A DNA stretch of 64,000 bases from an uncultured Chloroflexia bacterium (GCA_963763775.1 CAVXPZ010000001.1:451-64450), one strand, 5' to 3'. Positions 13,867-25,387 are shown, numbered from the stretch's first letter. Numbers and translations: made by a program. Notes: a model not told the origin generated them from the sequence alone.

Positions 13867-14928
13867 TTGATCCGTTACATCCGTGTCATGGGCGCCCTGC
13901 TCGGTGGGTCGATCGGCCTCGTGCTGGCGACCAGCGGCGACGGCCTGTTCAAGGAGTACGACGCGGCCGGCGCGCTGGTCGCGCTGTGGGTCGTCGCCTG
14001 GGGCGTCGTCGGCTTCGGCGTGCTGCCGTATCTGACGATCGTCCCGGCCACCTGGCTCATCCGCCAGGTCGAGCAGCTGTCCACCGCCGAGTTCGTGACC
14101 GCGGTCGCCGGCCTGTTGATCGGCCTGCTCATGGGCCTGCTCCTCGGCCTGCCCCTGTCGAGCCTGCCGCAGCCGTTCGGGACCTGGCTGCCGCTCGGCG
14201 TCTCGATCTTCCTCGGCCTCGGCATGCTCGGGCTGACCGTGGCCAAACGCCAGGATCTGCTGATCGCGGCGGAGGCTGTGGGGCTGGTGCGTCGCCCGGG
14301 CGTGGAGGCGGGCGGAGGGGCGGCGGTCGGCGATCCGCACATCGTCGTGGACACCAGCGCGATCATCGACGGGCGGATCGCCGAGATCGTCGAGTCGGGC
14401 TTCATCTACGGCACGCTCGTCGTGCCGAAGTTCGTCCTCGAGGAGCTCCAGCACATCGCCGACAGCTCCGACACGCTTCGCCGCAATCGCGGCCGCCGCG
14501 GGCTCGAGATCCTGAACCGCATGCAGAAGGAGCCGGGCACCCCCGTCGAGATCGTCGAGGATGACGTCCCGGACATCAGCGAGGTGGACGCGAAGCTCGT
14601 CGCGCTCGCGCGGTCGCGCAGCAAGGTCATCCTCACGAACGACTTCAACCTCAACCGGGTCGCCGAGCTCCAGGGTGTGCGGGTCATGAACATCAACTCG
14701 CTGGCCAACGCGGTCAAGCCCGCGGTCCTGCCCGGCGAGGAATTGCGCGTGCGGGTCATCCAGGAAGGCAAGGAGGCCGGCCAGGGGGTCGGATTCCTCG
14801 ATGACGGGACCATGATCGTCGTCGAGGGTGGCGCCCGCCACATCGACCACGACGTCGATGTCGCCGTCACCCGCGTCCTCCAGACGGTCGCCGGACGGAT
14901 GATCTTCGCCCAGCCTCGGCTCGATTGA
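13867..14928 (+). CDS. yacL: Membrane-anchored PIN + TRAM domain protein (YacL type)
   Basis: Four hydrophobic N-terminal helices, PIN core [14 protein letters not shown]-terminal TRAM-like segment. Position after radA as in Bacillus. Start could be TTG 13867 or ATG 13888. Confidence 0.8.
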   Translation: MIRYIRVMGALLGGSIGLVLATSGDGLFKEYDAAGALVALWVVAWGVVGFGVLPYLTIVPATWLIRQVEQLSTAEFVTAVAGLLIGLLMGLLLGLPLSSLPQPFGTWLPLGVSIFLGLGMLGLTVAKRQDLLIAAEAVGLVRRPGVEAGGGAAVGDPHIVVDTSAIIDGRIAEIVESGFIYGTLVVPKFVLEELQHIADSSDTLRRNRGRRGLEILNRMQKEPGTPVEIVEDDVPDISEVDAKLVALARSRSKVILTNDFNLNRVAELQGVRVMNINSLANAVKPAVLPGEELRVRVIQEGKEAGQGVGFLDDGTMIVVEGGARHIDHDVDVAVTRVLQTVAGRMIFAQPRLD

Positions 14929-16097
14929 GCGCGGCCAGCGCCGACGTCGTGGTCGTCGCGGCCGGACGATCGACGCGGATGGGCGGCATCGACAAGCTCC
15001 AGGTCGACATCGGCGGGCGGTCGCTGCTGGCGTGGACGCTCCGGGCGTTCGCGGCCGTCCCCGAGGTGGAGCGGATCGTCGTGGTGACCGCGCCGGAGCG
15101 GGTCGCCGAGATCCGTGACGCCGACTGGCTCCCGGACCGGGTGACCGCGGTCGTCGCCGGCGATGCCCGGCGGCAGGGCTCGGTGGCGGCGGGCGTGACG
15201 GCCCTCGGTCCGACCGACGACGACGCCCGCGTCCTGCTCGTCCACGACGGCGCGCGGCCGTTGGTGACCGCGGCCACGATCCGAGGGGTCATCGACGCCA
15301 CGGCTCGCCATGGCGCGGCGATCCCGATCCTGCCGATCGCCGAGACCGTGAAGCGGATCGACGAGGGACTCGTCGGAGCCACGATCGACCGCGAGGGTCT
15401 CGGGACGGCGCAGACACCCCAGGGCGTGCAGCGCGGCCTCCTTCGCGACGCCTACGCGCGGTACCCGCCGGACGGCCCCGAGACCTGGACCGATGAGGCC
15501 TCGCTGCTCGAGGCCTGTAGAATCGCGGTCCATGTCATCCCCGGAGACCCGAGCAACCTCAAGGTGACGCAGCCTGCCGACCTGCGGCGGGTCGAGGCCG
15601 TCCTCGTCGGGCCGCGGTCGTCCCGGGTCGGGATCGGGCAGGACAGCCACCCGTTCGGTCCGGGGACCCCACTCGCCCTTGGCGGGATCCACATCGACGG
15701 CGCCGCGCGGCTCCACGGCCATTCCGATGGCGATGCCGCCCTGCATGCGATCTGCGACGCTCTGCTCGGTGCCGCCGGGCTCGGCGACCTCGGTCGCCTC
15801 TTTCCCGCTGGCCCGGCGACGCCCGAAGGGGTCGCGTCCAGCGAGCTCCTCACCGACGTGGCGCGCCGCGTGGCGGCGGCCGGCTGGGTGGTCGGGAACG
15901 TGGACCTCACGATCGTCGCGGCCCGACCGCGGCTCGCGGCGCACCTCGATCCGATGCGGGCGGCGATCGCCGAGCGGCTGGACGTCGACCCCGCCGTCGT
16001 GAACGTCAAGGCCTCGACCGGCAACCTCGGCGGCGACGAGGGCGCCGGGCGATCGATCTCGGCCCTCGCGATCGCGCAGCTGGTCCCGGCGTCGTGA
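14925..16097 (+). CDS. ispDF: Bifunctional IspD/IspF (MEP cytidylyltransferase / MEcPP synthase)
   Basis: N-terminal half [16 protein letters not shown] (IspD); C-terminal half [11 protein letters not shown]...[26 protein letters not shown] (IspF). Single 390-aa ORF. Confidence 0.92.
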   Translation: MSAASADVVVVAAGRSTRMGGIDKLQVDIGGRSLLAWTLRAFAAVPEVERIVVVTAPERVAEIRDADWLPDRVTAVVAGDARRQGSVAAGVTALGPTDDDARVLLVHDGARPLVTAATIRGVIDATARHGAAIPILPIAETVKRIDEGLVGATIDREGLGTAQTPQGVQRGLLRDAYARYPPDGPETWTDEASLLEACRIAVHVIPGDPSNLKVTQPADLRRVEAVLVGPRSSRVGIGQDSHPFGPGTPLALGGIHIDGAARLHGHSDGDAALHAICDALLGAAGLGDLGRLFPAGPATPEGVASSELLTDVARRVAAAGWVVGNVDLTIVAARPRLAAHLDPMRAAIAERLDVDPAVVNVKASTGNLGGDEGAGRSISALAIAQLVPAS

Positions 16098-17503
16098 CGA
16101 TCCGGCTCCAGGACACGCTGACCGGCACGACTCGCCCATTCGTCCCTCTCGGCGACGTGGTGGGGGTCTACTCCTGCGGACCGACCGTCTACGGCCCGGT
16201 CCACATCGGCAACTTCCGGTCGTTCCTCTTCGCGGACCTGCTCGTGCGTCACCTGCGGTGGCGCGGCTACACCGTGCGTTGGGTGATGAACGTCACCGAC
16301 GTCGACGACAAGATCATCCGCGGCGCGGCGGCTGCCGGCATCGGCATCGGCGAGCTGAGCGATCGACACCTGGCGGGCTTCCTCACCGAGGCGGCGACGC
16401 TCCGGATGACCACGCCCGACGTCCTCCCGAGGGCGACGGAGCACATCGAGCGCATGGTCGAGCTGATCCAGACGCTGCTCGACCGCGGGAACGCCTACCG
16501 GACCGATGACGGCTCGATCTTCTTCCGGATCGCGTCCTGGCCGGCCTACGGTCGTCTTGCGAAGCTCGACCCGGAGCAGCTCAGAGTCGGCGAGCGCGTC
16601 GAAGCCGATGAGTACGCCAAGGACGACGTCCGCGATTTCGCGGTGTGGAAAGGCCCGAAGCCCGGCGAGCCCAGCTGGGATACCGCGATCGGGCCGGGCC
16701 GACCGGGCTGGCACATCGAGTGCTCGGCGATGAGCATGGCTCACCTCGGGCCGTCGCTCGATATCCATACCGGCGGGATCGACCTGATCTTCCCGCATCA
16801 CGAGGACGAGATCGCGCAGAGCGAGGCCGCCACGGGGCAGCCGTTCGTCGGCACCTGGCTGCACTGCGCCCACCTGCAGATGAGCGGATCGAAGATGGCG
16901 AAGTCGACCGGCAACATCGCCCGGGCCAGCGAGCTGCTGACCGCCGGCGTGTCACCGCGAGCCCTGCGATACGCGCTGATCTCGGTCCACTACCGTGCGA
17001 GCCTCAACTACACCGACGACTCACTCGGGGCCGCGGCCGCCGCGGTCGCGCGGCTCGACACGGCGCTCGCAGCGCTCGAGTCGTACCAGGAGGATCGCCC
17101 CGACGACCCGACGATGACGACGCTGCTCGACGGGGCTCGCACGGCGTTCGGCGACGCGCTCGATGACGACCTGAACATCTCCGAGGGTCTCGCGGCCGTG
17201 TTCGACCTCGTCCGGGAGCTGAACCGGCGGGTCGAGGCTCGGACGATGTCCAGCGCCGACGCCCGAGCGGCGGCCGCGACGCTGCGCGATCTCGACATGG
17301 TCCTCGGGGTGCTGCCCGACCCGGCGGACGATCTCGACCCGGCGACGGCGGCGATGCTCGAGGCTCGAGCGGCCGCCCGTGCGGCGCGCGATTGGGCCGG
17401 CTCCGATCGTCTCCGCGACGAGCTCCTCGAGCTTGGCATCGCGGTGGAGGACACCCGCGACGGCCAGCGATGGCGGCGGATGGTGGAGGCTGGACGTGGC
17501 TGA
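16094..17503 (+). CDS. cysS: Cysteine--tRNA ligase
   Basis: HIGN variant of the HIGH motif (VHIGNFRSF); KMAKSTGN (KMSKS motif); 4-nt overlap with ispDF. Confidence 0.95.
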   Translation: MTIRLQDTLTGTTRPFVPLGDVVGVYSCGPTVYGPVHIGNFRSFLFADLLVRHLRWRGYTVRWVMNVTDVDDKIIRGAAAAGIGIGELSDRHLAGFLTEAATLRMTTPDVLPRATEHIERMVELIQTLLDRGNAYRTDDGSIFFRIASWPAYGRLAKLDPEQLRVGERVEADEYAKDDVRDFAVWKGPKPGEPSWDTAIGPGRPGWHIECSAMSMAHLGPSLDIHTGGIDLIFPHHEDEIAQSEAATGQPFVGTWLHCAHLQMSGSKMAKSTGNIARASELLTAGVSPRALRYALISVHYRASLNYTDDSLGAAAAAVARLDTALAALESYQEDRPDDPTMTTLLDGARTAFGDALDDDLNISEGLAAVFDLVRELNRRVEARTMSSADARAAAATLRDLDMVLGVLPDPADDLDPATAAMLEARAAARAARDWAGSDRLRDELLELGIAVEDTRDGQRWRRMVEAGRG

Positions 17504-19780
17504 TCGACCGCGCCGCGATGGCGACCCGGACGAGCGAGGCCGGGAGGCGTCCGGGTCAGGCCCGGGATCGCACGGTGGTGGCCCGCGCCGCCCCTCGAAC
17601 CGACCGACCGGCGCCGGCCGCGGCCGCCCGCCGACGAGCGGCCCGCCTCGGGGCCGCGGTCCCGCCGGCCCCGGCTACGGGCCTGGACCGGGGGCGCGAC
17701 CGCCGGGCCTGGCGCGCGGCCGCCGGGCGACCGACCGCGATATGACGGTCCCCGCCACGACGCGCCCCGTCCGTTCGAGCGTCCCGGGACGGGCTACCGG
17801 TCCGGGCCGCCGGGTGACCGCCCGATCGGACCACGTGACGACCGACCGCCCGGACCCGGCAGGCCGCGCTTTGACCGACCGCCCGGGCCCGGCGGGCCGC
17901 GCTATGACCGACCGCCCGGGTCCCGCCCGCCCGACCGCCGATCCGGTCAGGACGACCGCGGCCCGCGTCGGGCTGGCCCGCCACCCGGCCCGCCGTTCGC
18001 TGGTCCCGACCGTGGACATGGCCCGGAACGCCCCGGTGGCGGTCGGCCCGCCCCGGATCGACGTGCCGGTTCGGACTGGGCGAACCGCTCGGGGCCGCCA
18101 GGACGCTCGGGGCCGCCGGGCCGATCAGGACCGCCGGGCGGCGGCTACCGGCCAGGGCCGCCCGGAGGCGGATACCGCGGCGGTCGTCCCGCGGGCCAGT
18201 TCGGTCGACCGCCCGCGCCATTCGGCGGCCCGCCCGCCCGACCCACGTATGCGCCGCCACCCCTGCCGCCGCCTGACGTCCTCGGTGATGAGGAAGAGCT
18301 GATCGCGGGACGCCGCCCTGTCGAGGAGGCGTTCGTCGCCCGGCGTGAGGCGCATCGGTTGCTCGTCGTCCCGCAGCGCCGCCTGGCGCTGGAGAAGCTC
18401 GTCCTCCACGCGACCAGCCTGCGGATCCCGATCGTCGAACTCGAGGGCGGCACACTCACGCAGCTCGCCGGCTTCGATGGCCATCAGGGCGTCGCGCTGG
18501 TGGTGGCGCCGCGCCGATTCGCCACGCTCGAGGACATCCTCGCTCGGGCCGCGGAGCGCGGCGAGGCGCCGTTCGTGCTCGCGCTCGATTCGCTCGAGGA
18601 TCCGCAGAACGTCGGCACGCTCCTGCGCAGCGCCGAGGCCGCGGGCGTGCACGGGATCCTGTTCCCGACCCGCCGCCAGGCGCCCCTGACGCCGTCCGCC
18701 GTCAAGGCGTCCGCCGGGGCGGTCGAGCACCTGCTGCTCTGCCCCGTCGACGATCTCGCGGGTGCCCTTGCCGATCTGCGCGGCCACGGCCTGCGGGTCG
18801 CCGGCGCGGAAGCCGACGCCGCCTTGACGGCACGACAGAGCGACCTCCGCGGACCACTGGCGATCGTCGTGGGCAGCGAGGGTCAAGGGCTCGGTCCGGC
18901 CATCCGACGGCGTTGCGACATGTTCATGCGCATCCCGATGCGCGGCGCCATCGGGTCGCTCAACGCCGCCGTGGCGGGCTCGGTGCTGCTGTTCGAAGCC
19001 GTGGCCCAACGTGATCCCGACGGGACGGGGGCACCGCCGACGGCCGTGGTCGACGCGGCCGACGTCGAGACGACCGAGGACGTCGACGACGCGATCGAGG
19101 ATGTCGACGACTTGATCGAGGCGCTGGCGTCGGAACCCATGCCCGAGCCCAGCGTCGAACCGGACGTTCCCGCGACGCGCAAGGGAACGGCCAAGGGAAA
19201 GCCGAAGGCGGCGGCGGCGACCGAGCCGGCCCGGAAGGCGAAGCCCGCATCGAAGCCGAAGGCGAAGGCCAAGGCTGTCGCAGCGCCGACGGCCGCCGCC
19301 GCGCGATCCGAGGCCGAGCCCGACGACATGGCCGAGGCCGACCCCGACGCCCAGGCCAAGGTCGAGCCCGACGAAAACGCCAAGGCCAAGGGCAAGGCCA
19401 AGGCCGGCTCCAGCGCCAAAGCCAAGGCCGCATCGAAGCCCAAGCCCAAGGCCAAGCCCGAGCCGAAGCCGACCGCCAAGCGCCGGGCGAAGGCCGAGCC
19501 GGAAGCCGCCGCAGCGATCGAGCCGACCGTCTCGGCCACGACCAAGCCCAAGCGCGCCGGCAAGACGAAGGCGGCCGAGGCGACCGTCGAGCCGAGTCCG
19601 AAGGCCAGGGCGTCAGCGACCGCCACCAAACGGGCGCGATCGAAGGCGGAACCAGCGCGCGAGACCCCGGTGACGGCGGGGGACGACGACCTGCTCCCCG
19701 GCGGTCCGACCATCGCCGACCCACCGGCCGCCGGACCCGCCACCCGCAAGGCGTCCCGACCACGCAGCGGTCGCGCTTGA
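17496..19780 (+). pseudogene. rlmB: 23S rRNA 2'-O-methyltransferase RlmB (SpoU/TrmH family) with RG/PG-rich N-terminal and Ala/Lys/Pro-rich C-terminal extensions; reading frame broken near 17705-17710 as written
   Basis: The methyltransferase core (LIAGRRPVEEAF... from 18299 to about 19010) is certain. Its frame has no ATG/GTG/TTG back to the cysS stop. An RG-rich ORF with GGAGG-N6-GTG at 17496 runs in the frame offset by one and matches the composition. Confidence 0.55.
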
Positions 19781-19806
19781 CCCATCCGGGCGGCGCGCCA
19801 TATCAT
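19777..19806 (+). promoter_or_regulatory. Candidate promoter for the tRNA-tuf transcription unit
   Basis: TTGACC (19777-19782), 18-nt spacer, TATCAT (19801-19806), about 50 nt upstream of tRNA-Thr. Confidence 0.4.
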
Positions 19807-19854
19807 TCCCCGGCGCCGGATTCGGGTCATCTGCGGTATGGCCCTGCCCGTCGT

Positions 19855-19930
19855 GCCGACGTAGCTCAATTGGTAGAGCAGCGGTTTTGTAAACCGCCGG
19901 TTGCGGGTTCGAGTCCCATCGTCGGCTCCA
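19855..19930 (+). tRNA. tRNA-Thr (anticodon TGT)
   Basis: Cloverleaf GCCGACG/CGTCGGC, anticodon loop TTTGTAA, one C:A mismatch in the T stem, CCA encoded. Confidence 0.9.
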
Positions 19931-19992
19931 GCGCACATCCATCCGGTCGTCGGATCTCGAAGGGCCGCAGCTCGATCCGGCGCCGACACCGT

Positions 19993-20074
19993 GGGTCGGT
20001 TGAGCAACGGCGGCTCGCCTGGCTGTAGACCAGGTCCGAAAGGCATGGGGGTTCGAATCCCTCCCGGCCCACCA
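19993..20074 (+). tRNA. tRNA-Tyr (anticodon GTA), long variable arm
   Basis: Acceptor GGGTCGG/CCGGCCC, anticodon loop CTGTAGA, long extra arm, CCA encoded. Confidence 0.92.
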
Positions 20075-20104
20075 CTTCGACACCACCATCGCGCGAGTCT
20101 CCGG

Positions 20105-20180
20105 GCCCACATAGCTCAGCTGGCAGAGCACTTCCTTGGTAAGGAAGAGGTCATCGGTTCGAGTCCGATTGTGGGCTCCA
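20105..20180 (+). tRNA. tRNA-Thr (anticodon GGT)
   Basis: Perfect cloverleaf GCCCACA/TGTGGGC, anticodon loop TTGGTAA, CCA encoded. Confidence 0.95.
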
Positions 20181-20263
20181 CCTGCCGGCCGAGCCGGTCA
20201 CAGGAGCGCCGGTCCGTCGCGGTATCCGCCGCAGTCGCAACGTTGTAAGGAGTACATGGTCAC

Positions 20264-21467
<1,204 letters not shown>

Positions 21468-21474
<7 letters not shown>

Positions 21475-21632
21475 GAGTCGAAGCGCGACCCACGATCCAG
21501 CTCGCGTGCACCGAGTGCAAGGAGCGGACGTACACCACGCGCAAGAACAAGAAGAACGATCCCAACCGGATCGAACTCCAGAAATACTGTCCGCGCTGCC
21601 GGCGCCATACACTTCACCGCGAGGCGAAGTAG
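21468..21632 (+). CDS. rpmG: 50S ribosomal protein L33 (Cys4 zinc-ribbon form)
   Basis: Hand translation: [54 protein letters not shown] (54 aa, below the ORF-track cutoff). Confidence 0.9.
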
Positions 21633-21654
21633 GCTGACCGGCCGGCCTCGCCGC

Positions 21655-21730
21655 AGGGGTGTAGCTCAATTGGCAGAGCACTGGTCTCCAAAACCAGCGG
21701 TTGTAGGTTCGAGTCCTATCGCCCCTGCCA
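21655..21730 (+). tRNA. tRNA-Trp (anticodon CCA)
   Basis: Cloverleaf AGGGGTG/CGCCCCT, anticodon loop CTCCAAA, CCA encoded. Confidence 0.94.
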
Positions 21731-21768
21731 CTCACCAAGAACCGTAGCCCGAGAGAAGAACGACCGAC

Positions 21769-21957
21769 GTGACCCGCCTCCGCCGCTATTTCGATGAAGT
21801 CTTCTCCGAGCTCCGGAAGGTCTCGTGGCCGACGCGCGAGCAGGTCCGGAACCTGACCGTGCTCGTGTTCGCCATCAGCTTCGTCATCGGGGTGTACATC
21901 ACGTTGCTCGACACCTTCTTCCGCGAAGTCATCAGCTTCCTCTCGAGCGTGGGGTAG
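21769..21957 (+). CDS. secE: Preprotein translocase subunit SecE
   Basis: 62 aa, [13 protein letters not shown] followed by one TM helix; immediately upstream of nusG. Confidence 0.9.
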   Translation: MTRLRRYFDEVFSELRKVSWPTREQVRNLTVLVFAISFVIGVYITLLDTFFREVISFLSSVG

Positions 21958-21959
21958 GG

Positions 21960-22535
21960 GTGGTGACCGAGCTCAGCATCGAGACGCGCGCTCCCGAGAA
22001 GCGCTGGTACGTCATCCACACCTACTCGGGCTACGAGAACAAGGTGAAGGCGAACCTCGAGCACCGCATCGAGTCGATGGGCATGGAGGACAAGATCTTC
22101 CAGGTCCTGGTCCCGATGGAGGACGAGATCGAGATCCGCCAGGGCCAGCGGCACACGGTCCAGAAGAAGGTCTACCCGGGCTACGTGCTCGTGGAGATGA
22201 TCCTGGACCCGGACAGCTGGTTCGTCGTCCGGAACACGCCCGGCGTGACGAGCTTCGTCGGCGGCGCCAACATCCCCGGCGTCCGCAGCGAGCCGATCCC
22301 GCTCGACGAGAACGAGGTCAAGCAGATCCTGCGGCACATGGGCGTCGAGACGCCGAAGTACCGCGTCGCGTTCACCAAGGGCCAGAGCGTCCGGGTCACC
22401 GACGGACCGTTCGCCGAGTTCATCGGCACGGTCGACGAGGTCAACCCGGAGCGCAACAAGGTCAAGGTCCTCGTGAGCATCTTCGGCCGCGAGACGCCGG
22501 TCGAGCTCGACTTCCTCCAGGTCGAGAAACTCTGA
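21960..22535 (+). CDS. nusG: Transcription termination/antitermination factor NusG
   Basis: [21 protein letters not shown] (NGN domain) and C-terminal KOW ([21 protein letters not shown]). GTG start just after the secE stop. Confidence 0.93.
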   Translation: MVTELSIETRAPEKRWYVIHTYSGYENKVKANLEHRIESMGMEDKIFQVLVPMEDEIEIRQGQRHTVQKKVYPGYVLVEMILDPDSWFVVRNTPGVTSFVGGANIPGVRSEPIPLDENEVKQILRHMGVETPKYRVAFTKGQSVRVTDGPFAEFIGTVDEVNPERNKVKVLVSIFGRETPVELDFLQVEKL

Positions 22536-22579
22536 CCGCTCATCGGGCCAGCGCCCGCTAGAAAGGAACCCCGACCCCC

Positions 22580-23005
22580 GTGGCCAAGAAGATCCGCATC
22601 GTGCTCACCCTCCAGCTGCCCGCCGGCAAGGCGACGCCCGCCCCGCCGGTCGGTACCGCCCTGGGCCCGCACGGAATCAACATCGTCGAGTTCACGAAGT
22701 CCTACAACGAGAAGACCGCCGACAAGGCCGGGCAGATCATCCCGGCCCAGATCACGGTCTTCGAGGACCGCTCGTTCTCGTTCATCCTGAAGACCCCGCC
22801 GGCCGCGGACCTGCTTCGCAAGGCCGCCGGCGTCGAGAAGGGCGCCGGGACCGCCAAGCGCGAGACCGTCGGCCGTGTCACCAAGGACCAGGTCCGCGAG
22901 ATCGCCGCGATCAAGATGTCGGACCTCAACGCCAACGATGTCGAGGCCGCCGCCCGGCAGATCGAGGGGACCGCCCGCTCGATGGGCATCGAGGTCGTCG
23001 GCTAG
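22580..23005 (+). CDS. rplK: 50S ribosomal protein L11
   Basis: [34 protein letters not shown]. Confidence 0.96.
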   Translation: MAKKIRIVLTLQLPAGKATPAPPVGTALGPHGINIVEFTKSYNEKTADKAGQIIPAQITVFEDRSFSFILKTPPAADLLRKAAGVEKGAGTAKRETVGRVTKDQVREIAAIKMSDLNANDVEAAARQIEGTARSMGIEVVG

Positions 23006-23115
23006 CCGCTTCGTCACCAACGCCATCCCACGCGACCGGCCGCGTCGACCCGCCGGACGCCCACCCCGCGAGAAGGGGGAGGTCGGGTCCGCCCGGCCGC
23101 CAGGAGGAACCGAAC

Positions 23116-23820
23116 ATGGCACATGGCAAGAAGTACCTCGAGGCCGCCAAGCTCGTCGACCGCGACCGCATCTACGCGCCGGAGGAGGCCGTCGAGCTCG
23201 TCAAGGAGACGACGACCGTCAGCTTCGACGCCTCGATCGAGGCGCACCTGCGGCTGGGCGTCGACCCCCGTCACGCGGACCAGATGGTCCGCGGCACGGT
23301 CGTCCTCCCGCACGGGACGGGCAGGGTCGTCCGCGTCGCGGTCTTCGCCCAGGGCGAGAAGGCCCAGGAGGCGCTCCGCGCCGGGGCCGATGAGGTCGGC
23401 GGCGAGGACCTCGTGAAGAAGATCGAGGCCGGATGGCTCGAGTTCGACGTCGCGCTCGCGACGCCGGACGCCATGGGCCTCGTCGGCAAGCTCGGCAAGA
23501 TCCTCGGCCGGCGCGGCCTCATGCCGAACCCGAAGGCGGGCACGATCACGTTCGACCTCGAGCGCGCGATCAAGGAGGTCAAGGCCGGTCGCGTCGAGTA
23601 CAAGGTCGACAAGGCCGGGATCGTCCACGTGTCGATCGGCCGGAGCAGCTTCGGCCCCGACGCCCTCCTCGAGAACCTCGCGGTGCTCGTCGACGCGGTG
23701 AACCGCGCCAAGCCGGCCGGCGCCAAGGGCCAGTACCTCAAGACCCTCACGATCGCCAGCACCATGGGCCCGGGCATCCGGGTCGACGTGCCCGGCATCC
23801 TCGCGGCCGCCGCCGCCTGA
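23116..23820 (+). CDS. rplA: 50S ribosomal protein L1
   Basis: [15 protein letters not shown]...; [34 protein letters not shown]. Confidence 0.96.
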   Translation: MAHGKKYLEAAKLVDRDRIYAPEEAVELVKETTTVSFDASIEAHLRLGVDPRHADQMVRGTVVLPHGTGRVVRVAVFAQGEKAQEALRAGADEVGGEDLVKKIEAGWLEFDVALATPDAMGLVGKLGKILGRRGLMPNPKAGTITFDLERAIKEVKAGRVEYKVDKAGIVHVSIGRSSFGPDALLENLAVLVDAVNRAKPAGAKGQYLKTLTIASTMGPGIRVDVPGILAAAAA

Positions 23821-24194
23821 CCCCTCGCCGGCGGGGAGCCGGCGCGAATGACGTCGTGGCGGCCGAGAGGCGCGTCACGTGATGAAGAGTTGACGGACCG
23901 CCGCAGACAGCCTGCGCTCGCGGACCGCCGCCGGCCTCCGGGTCGGTGACGGTCGGAGCTTGATCCGTCGGACCGGACCGGTCCATCCCCGAAGGGGGAG
24001 GGGACCGGGGACGCCGACGAGCACGCCGAGGCAGCCAGGCACCCACACCCTCCGGGGTGGGCCGTGCCCCTGCGCGTCGGGGTCGACCTCCAGCTTGCTG
24101 GAGCCGATCAAAGGACCGTCGCAGGGGCTCGCCCGAGCCATCGGGCGCCCCACCCGCCGCACGCCGGTCGCGTGCCGAAGGACAGGAGGGCCAC
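23821..24194 (+). promoter_or_regulatory. Long structured leader upstream of rplJ-rplL (possible L10 autoregulatory leader, with internal promoter candidate TTGACG near 23890)
   Basis: 374-nt non-coding gap rich in GC hairpins directly upstream of rplJ. Function is inferred only from position. Confidence 0.35.
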
Positions 24195-24725
24195 ATGCCC
24201 ACCGAGGCCAAGCGAGAGACGGTCGCTCAGCTGCGCGAGGAGCTCGCCGGCAGCCGGACCATGATCGTCTCCGAGTACCGCGGCCTCAAGGTGAAGGAGA
24301 TCGCCGAGATCCGGCGCGCCCTGCGCAAGCAGGACGTCACCTACCGCGTCGTCAAGAACCGGTTGCTGCGCATCGCCGCCGAGGATTCGGTCGGTGAGGC
24401 ACTCGGACCGCTCCTGACGGGCCCGACCGCGATCGCGTTCGGGAACGACGAAGCCGGGACCGCCAAGGCCGTCCTCGACGCCACCCGCCCGTACAACAAG
24501 ATCGTGCGGATCACGGGGGCCGTCCTGGGCGACAAGGCGATCGACGCCGACGCCGTCACGCGACTGGCCACGCTGCCGTCGCGCGAGATCCTGCTGGCCA
24601 AGCTGGCCGGCGGGATGCAGGCACCGGTCGCGACCATGGCCGGGCTGCTCGCCGCGCCCCTGCGCAACCTGGGCTATGCCCTCGCGCAGGTCGCCGAGCA
24701 GAAGGCCAAGGCCGGCGGCGCATAG
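24195..24725 (+). CDS. rplJ: 50S ribosomal protein L10
   Basis: AGGAGG 6 nt upstream of ATG 24195; [35 protein letters not shown]. Confidence 0.94.
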   Translation: MPTEAKRETVAQLREELAGSRTMIVSEYRGLKVKEIAEIRRALRKQDVTYRVVKNRLLRIAAEDSVGEALGPLLTGPTAIAFGNDEAGTAKAVLDATRPYNKIVRITGAVLGDKAIDADAVTRLATLPSREILLAKLAGGMQAPVATMAGLLAAPLRNLGYALAQVAEQKAKAGGA

Positions 24726-24787
24726 ACCTTCACCGAACCGCGACCACCGAAGACCCCGCACCCATCACGACTGACAAGGAGACCTCC

Positions 24788-25186
24788 ATGGCTACCGCCC
24801 TGTCGCAGGACGACCTGCTCGACGCGATCGACAAGATGACCGTCCTCGAGCTGTCCGAGTTCATCAAGAAGTTCGAGGAGCGCTACGGCGTGACCGCGGC
24901 CGCCCCGGCCGCCGCCGCTGCCGCCCCGGCCGCCGCCGGTGGTGGCGAGGCCGCCGCGGCCGCTCCCGAGGAGCAGACCGAGTTCACCGCCACGCTGACC
25001 GAGATCGGGCCGAACAAGATCCCGGTCATCAAGGTCGTCCGTGAGCTGACCGGCCTGGGCCTCAAGGAGGCCAAGGATCTCGTCGACGCTGCGCCCAAGG
25101 CCGTCAAGGAGGGCGTGACGAAGGACGAGGCCGAGAAGATCAAGGCTGCCATCGAAGAGCAGGGCGGCAAGGTCGAGGTCAAGTAG
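24788..25186 (+). CDS. rplL: 50S ribosomal protein L7/L12
   Basis: Ala-rich hinge and C-terminal [51 protein letters not shown]. Confidence 0.96.
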   Translation: MATALSQDDLLDAIDKMTVLELSEFIKKFEERYGVTAAAPAAAAAAPAAAGGGEAAAAAPEEQTEFTATLTEIGPNKIPVIKVVRELTGLGLKEAKDLVDAAPKAVKEGVTKDEAEKIKAAIEEQGGKVEVK

Positions 25187-25200
25187 GCCACCGCTCGGAG

Positions 25201-25286
25201 CGGCCCTGGCGGGCGTTGCCGGCTGCGCGCGATCGCTCACGCACCGTCGGAGTGCGCTCGGGATCGTGCTCACCGGCGCCTTCGCC
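25201..25286 (+). repeat. Operon-end repeat element, copy A (after rplL)
   Basis: Core GCGCGATCGCTCACGCACC-gtcgga-GTGCGCTCGggatcGTGCTCaccggcGCCttcGCC, shared with the copies at 48976-49069 and 55433-55528. Confidence 0.75.
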
Positions 25287-25387
25287 AGGACCGTCCGAAC
25301 GCCGGCCCCATCCACGGATCCTCGAGGCCGGACCGGTGGGACGGCGACTGAAACCGAAATGGGCCCCATTACCACGCCGGGGGCCGT

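Noticed and set aside
13867-14928. PIN-domain protein as a VapC-type toxin of a toxin-antitoxin pair
   Set aside because: It has four TM helices and a C-terminal TRAM-like domain, and it sits between radA and ispDF exactly like housekeeping YacL. There is no small antitoxin ORF upstream.
16094-16110. T-box or other leader controlling cysS
   Set aside because: cysS overlaps the end of ispDF by 4 nt, so there is no leader region.
17379-18302. Independent ORFs 17379-18302 (307 aa) and 17392-17745 (117 aa) between cysS and rlmB
   Set aside because: They overlap the end of cysS. Apart from the first about 210 nt of the frame starting at GTG 17496, they read as Arg/Pro/Ala noise. That region is better explained as the frameshifted N-terminal extension of rlmB.
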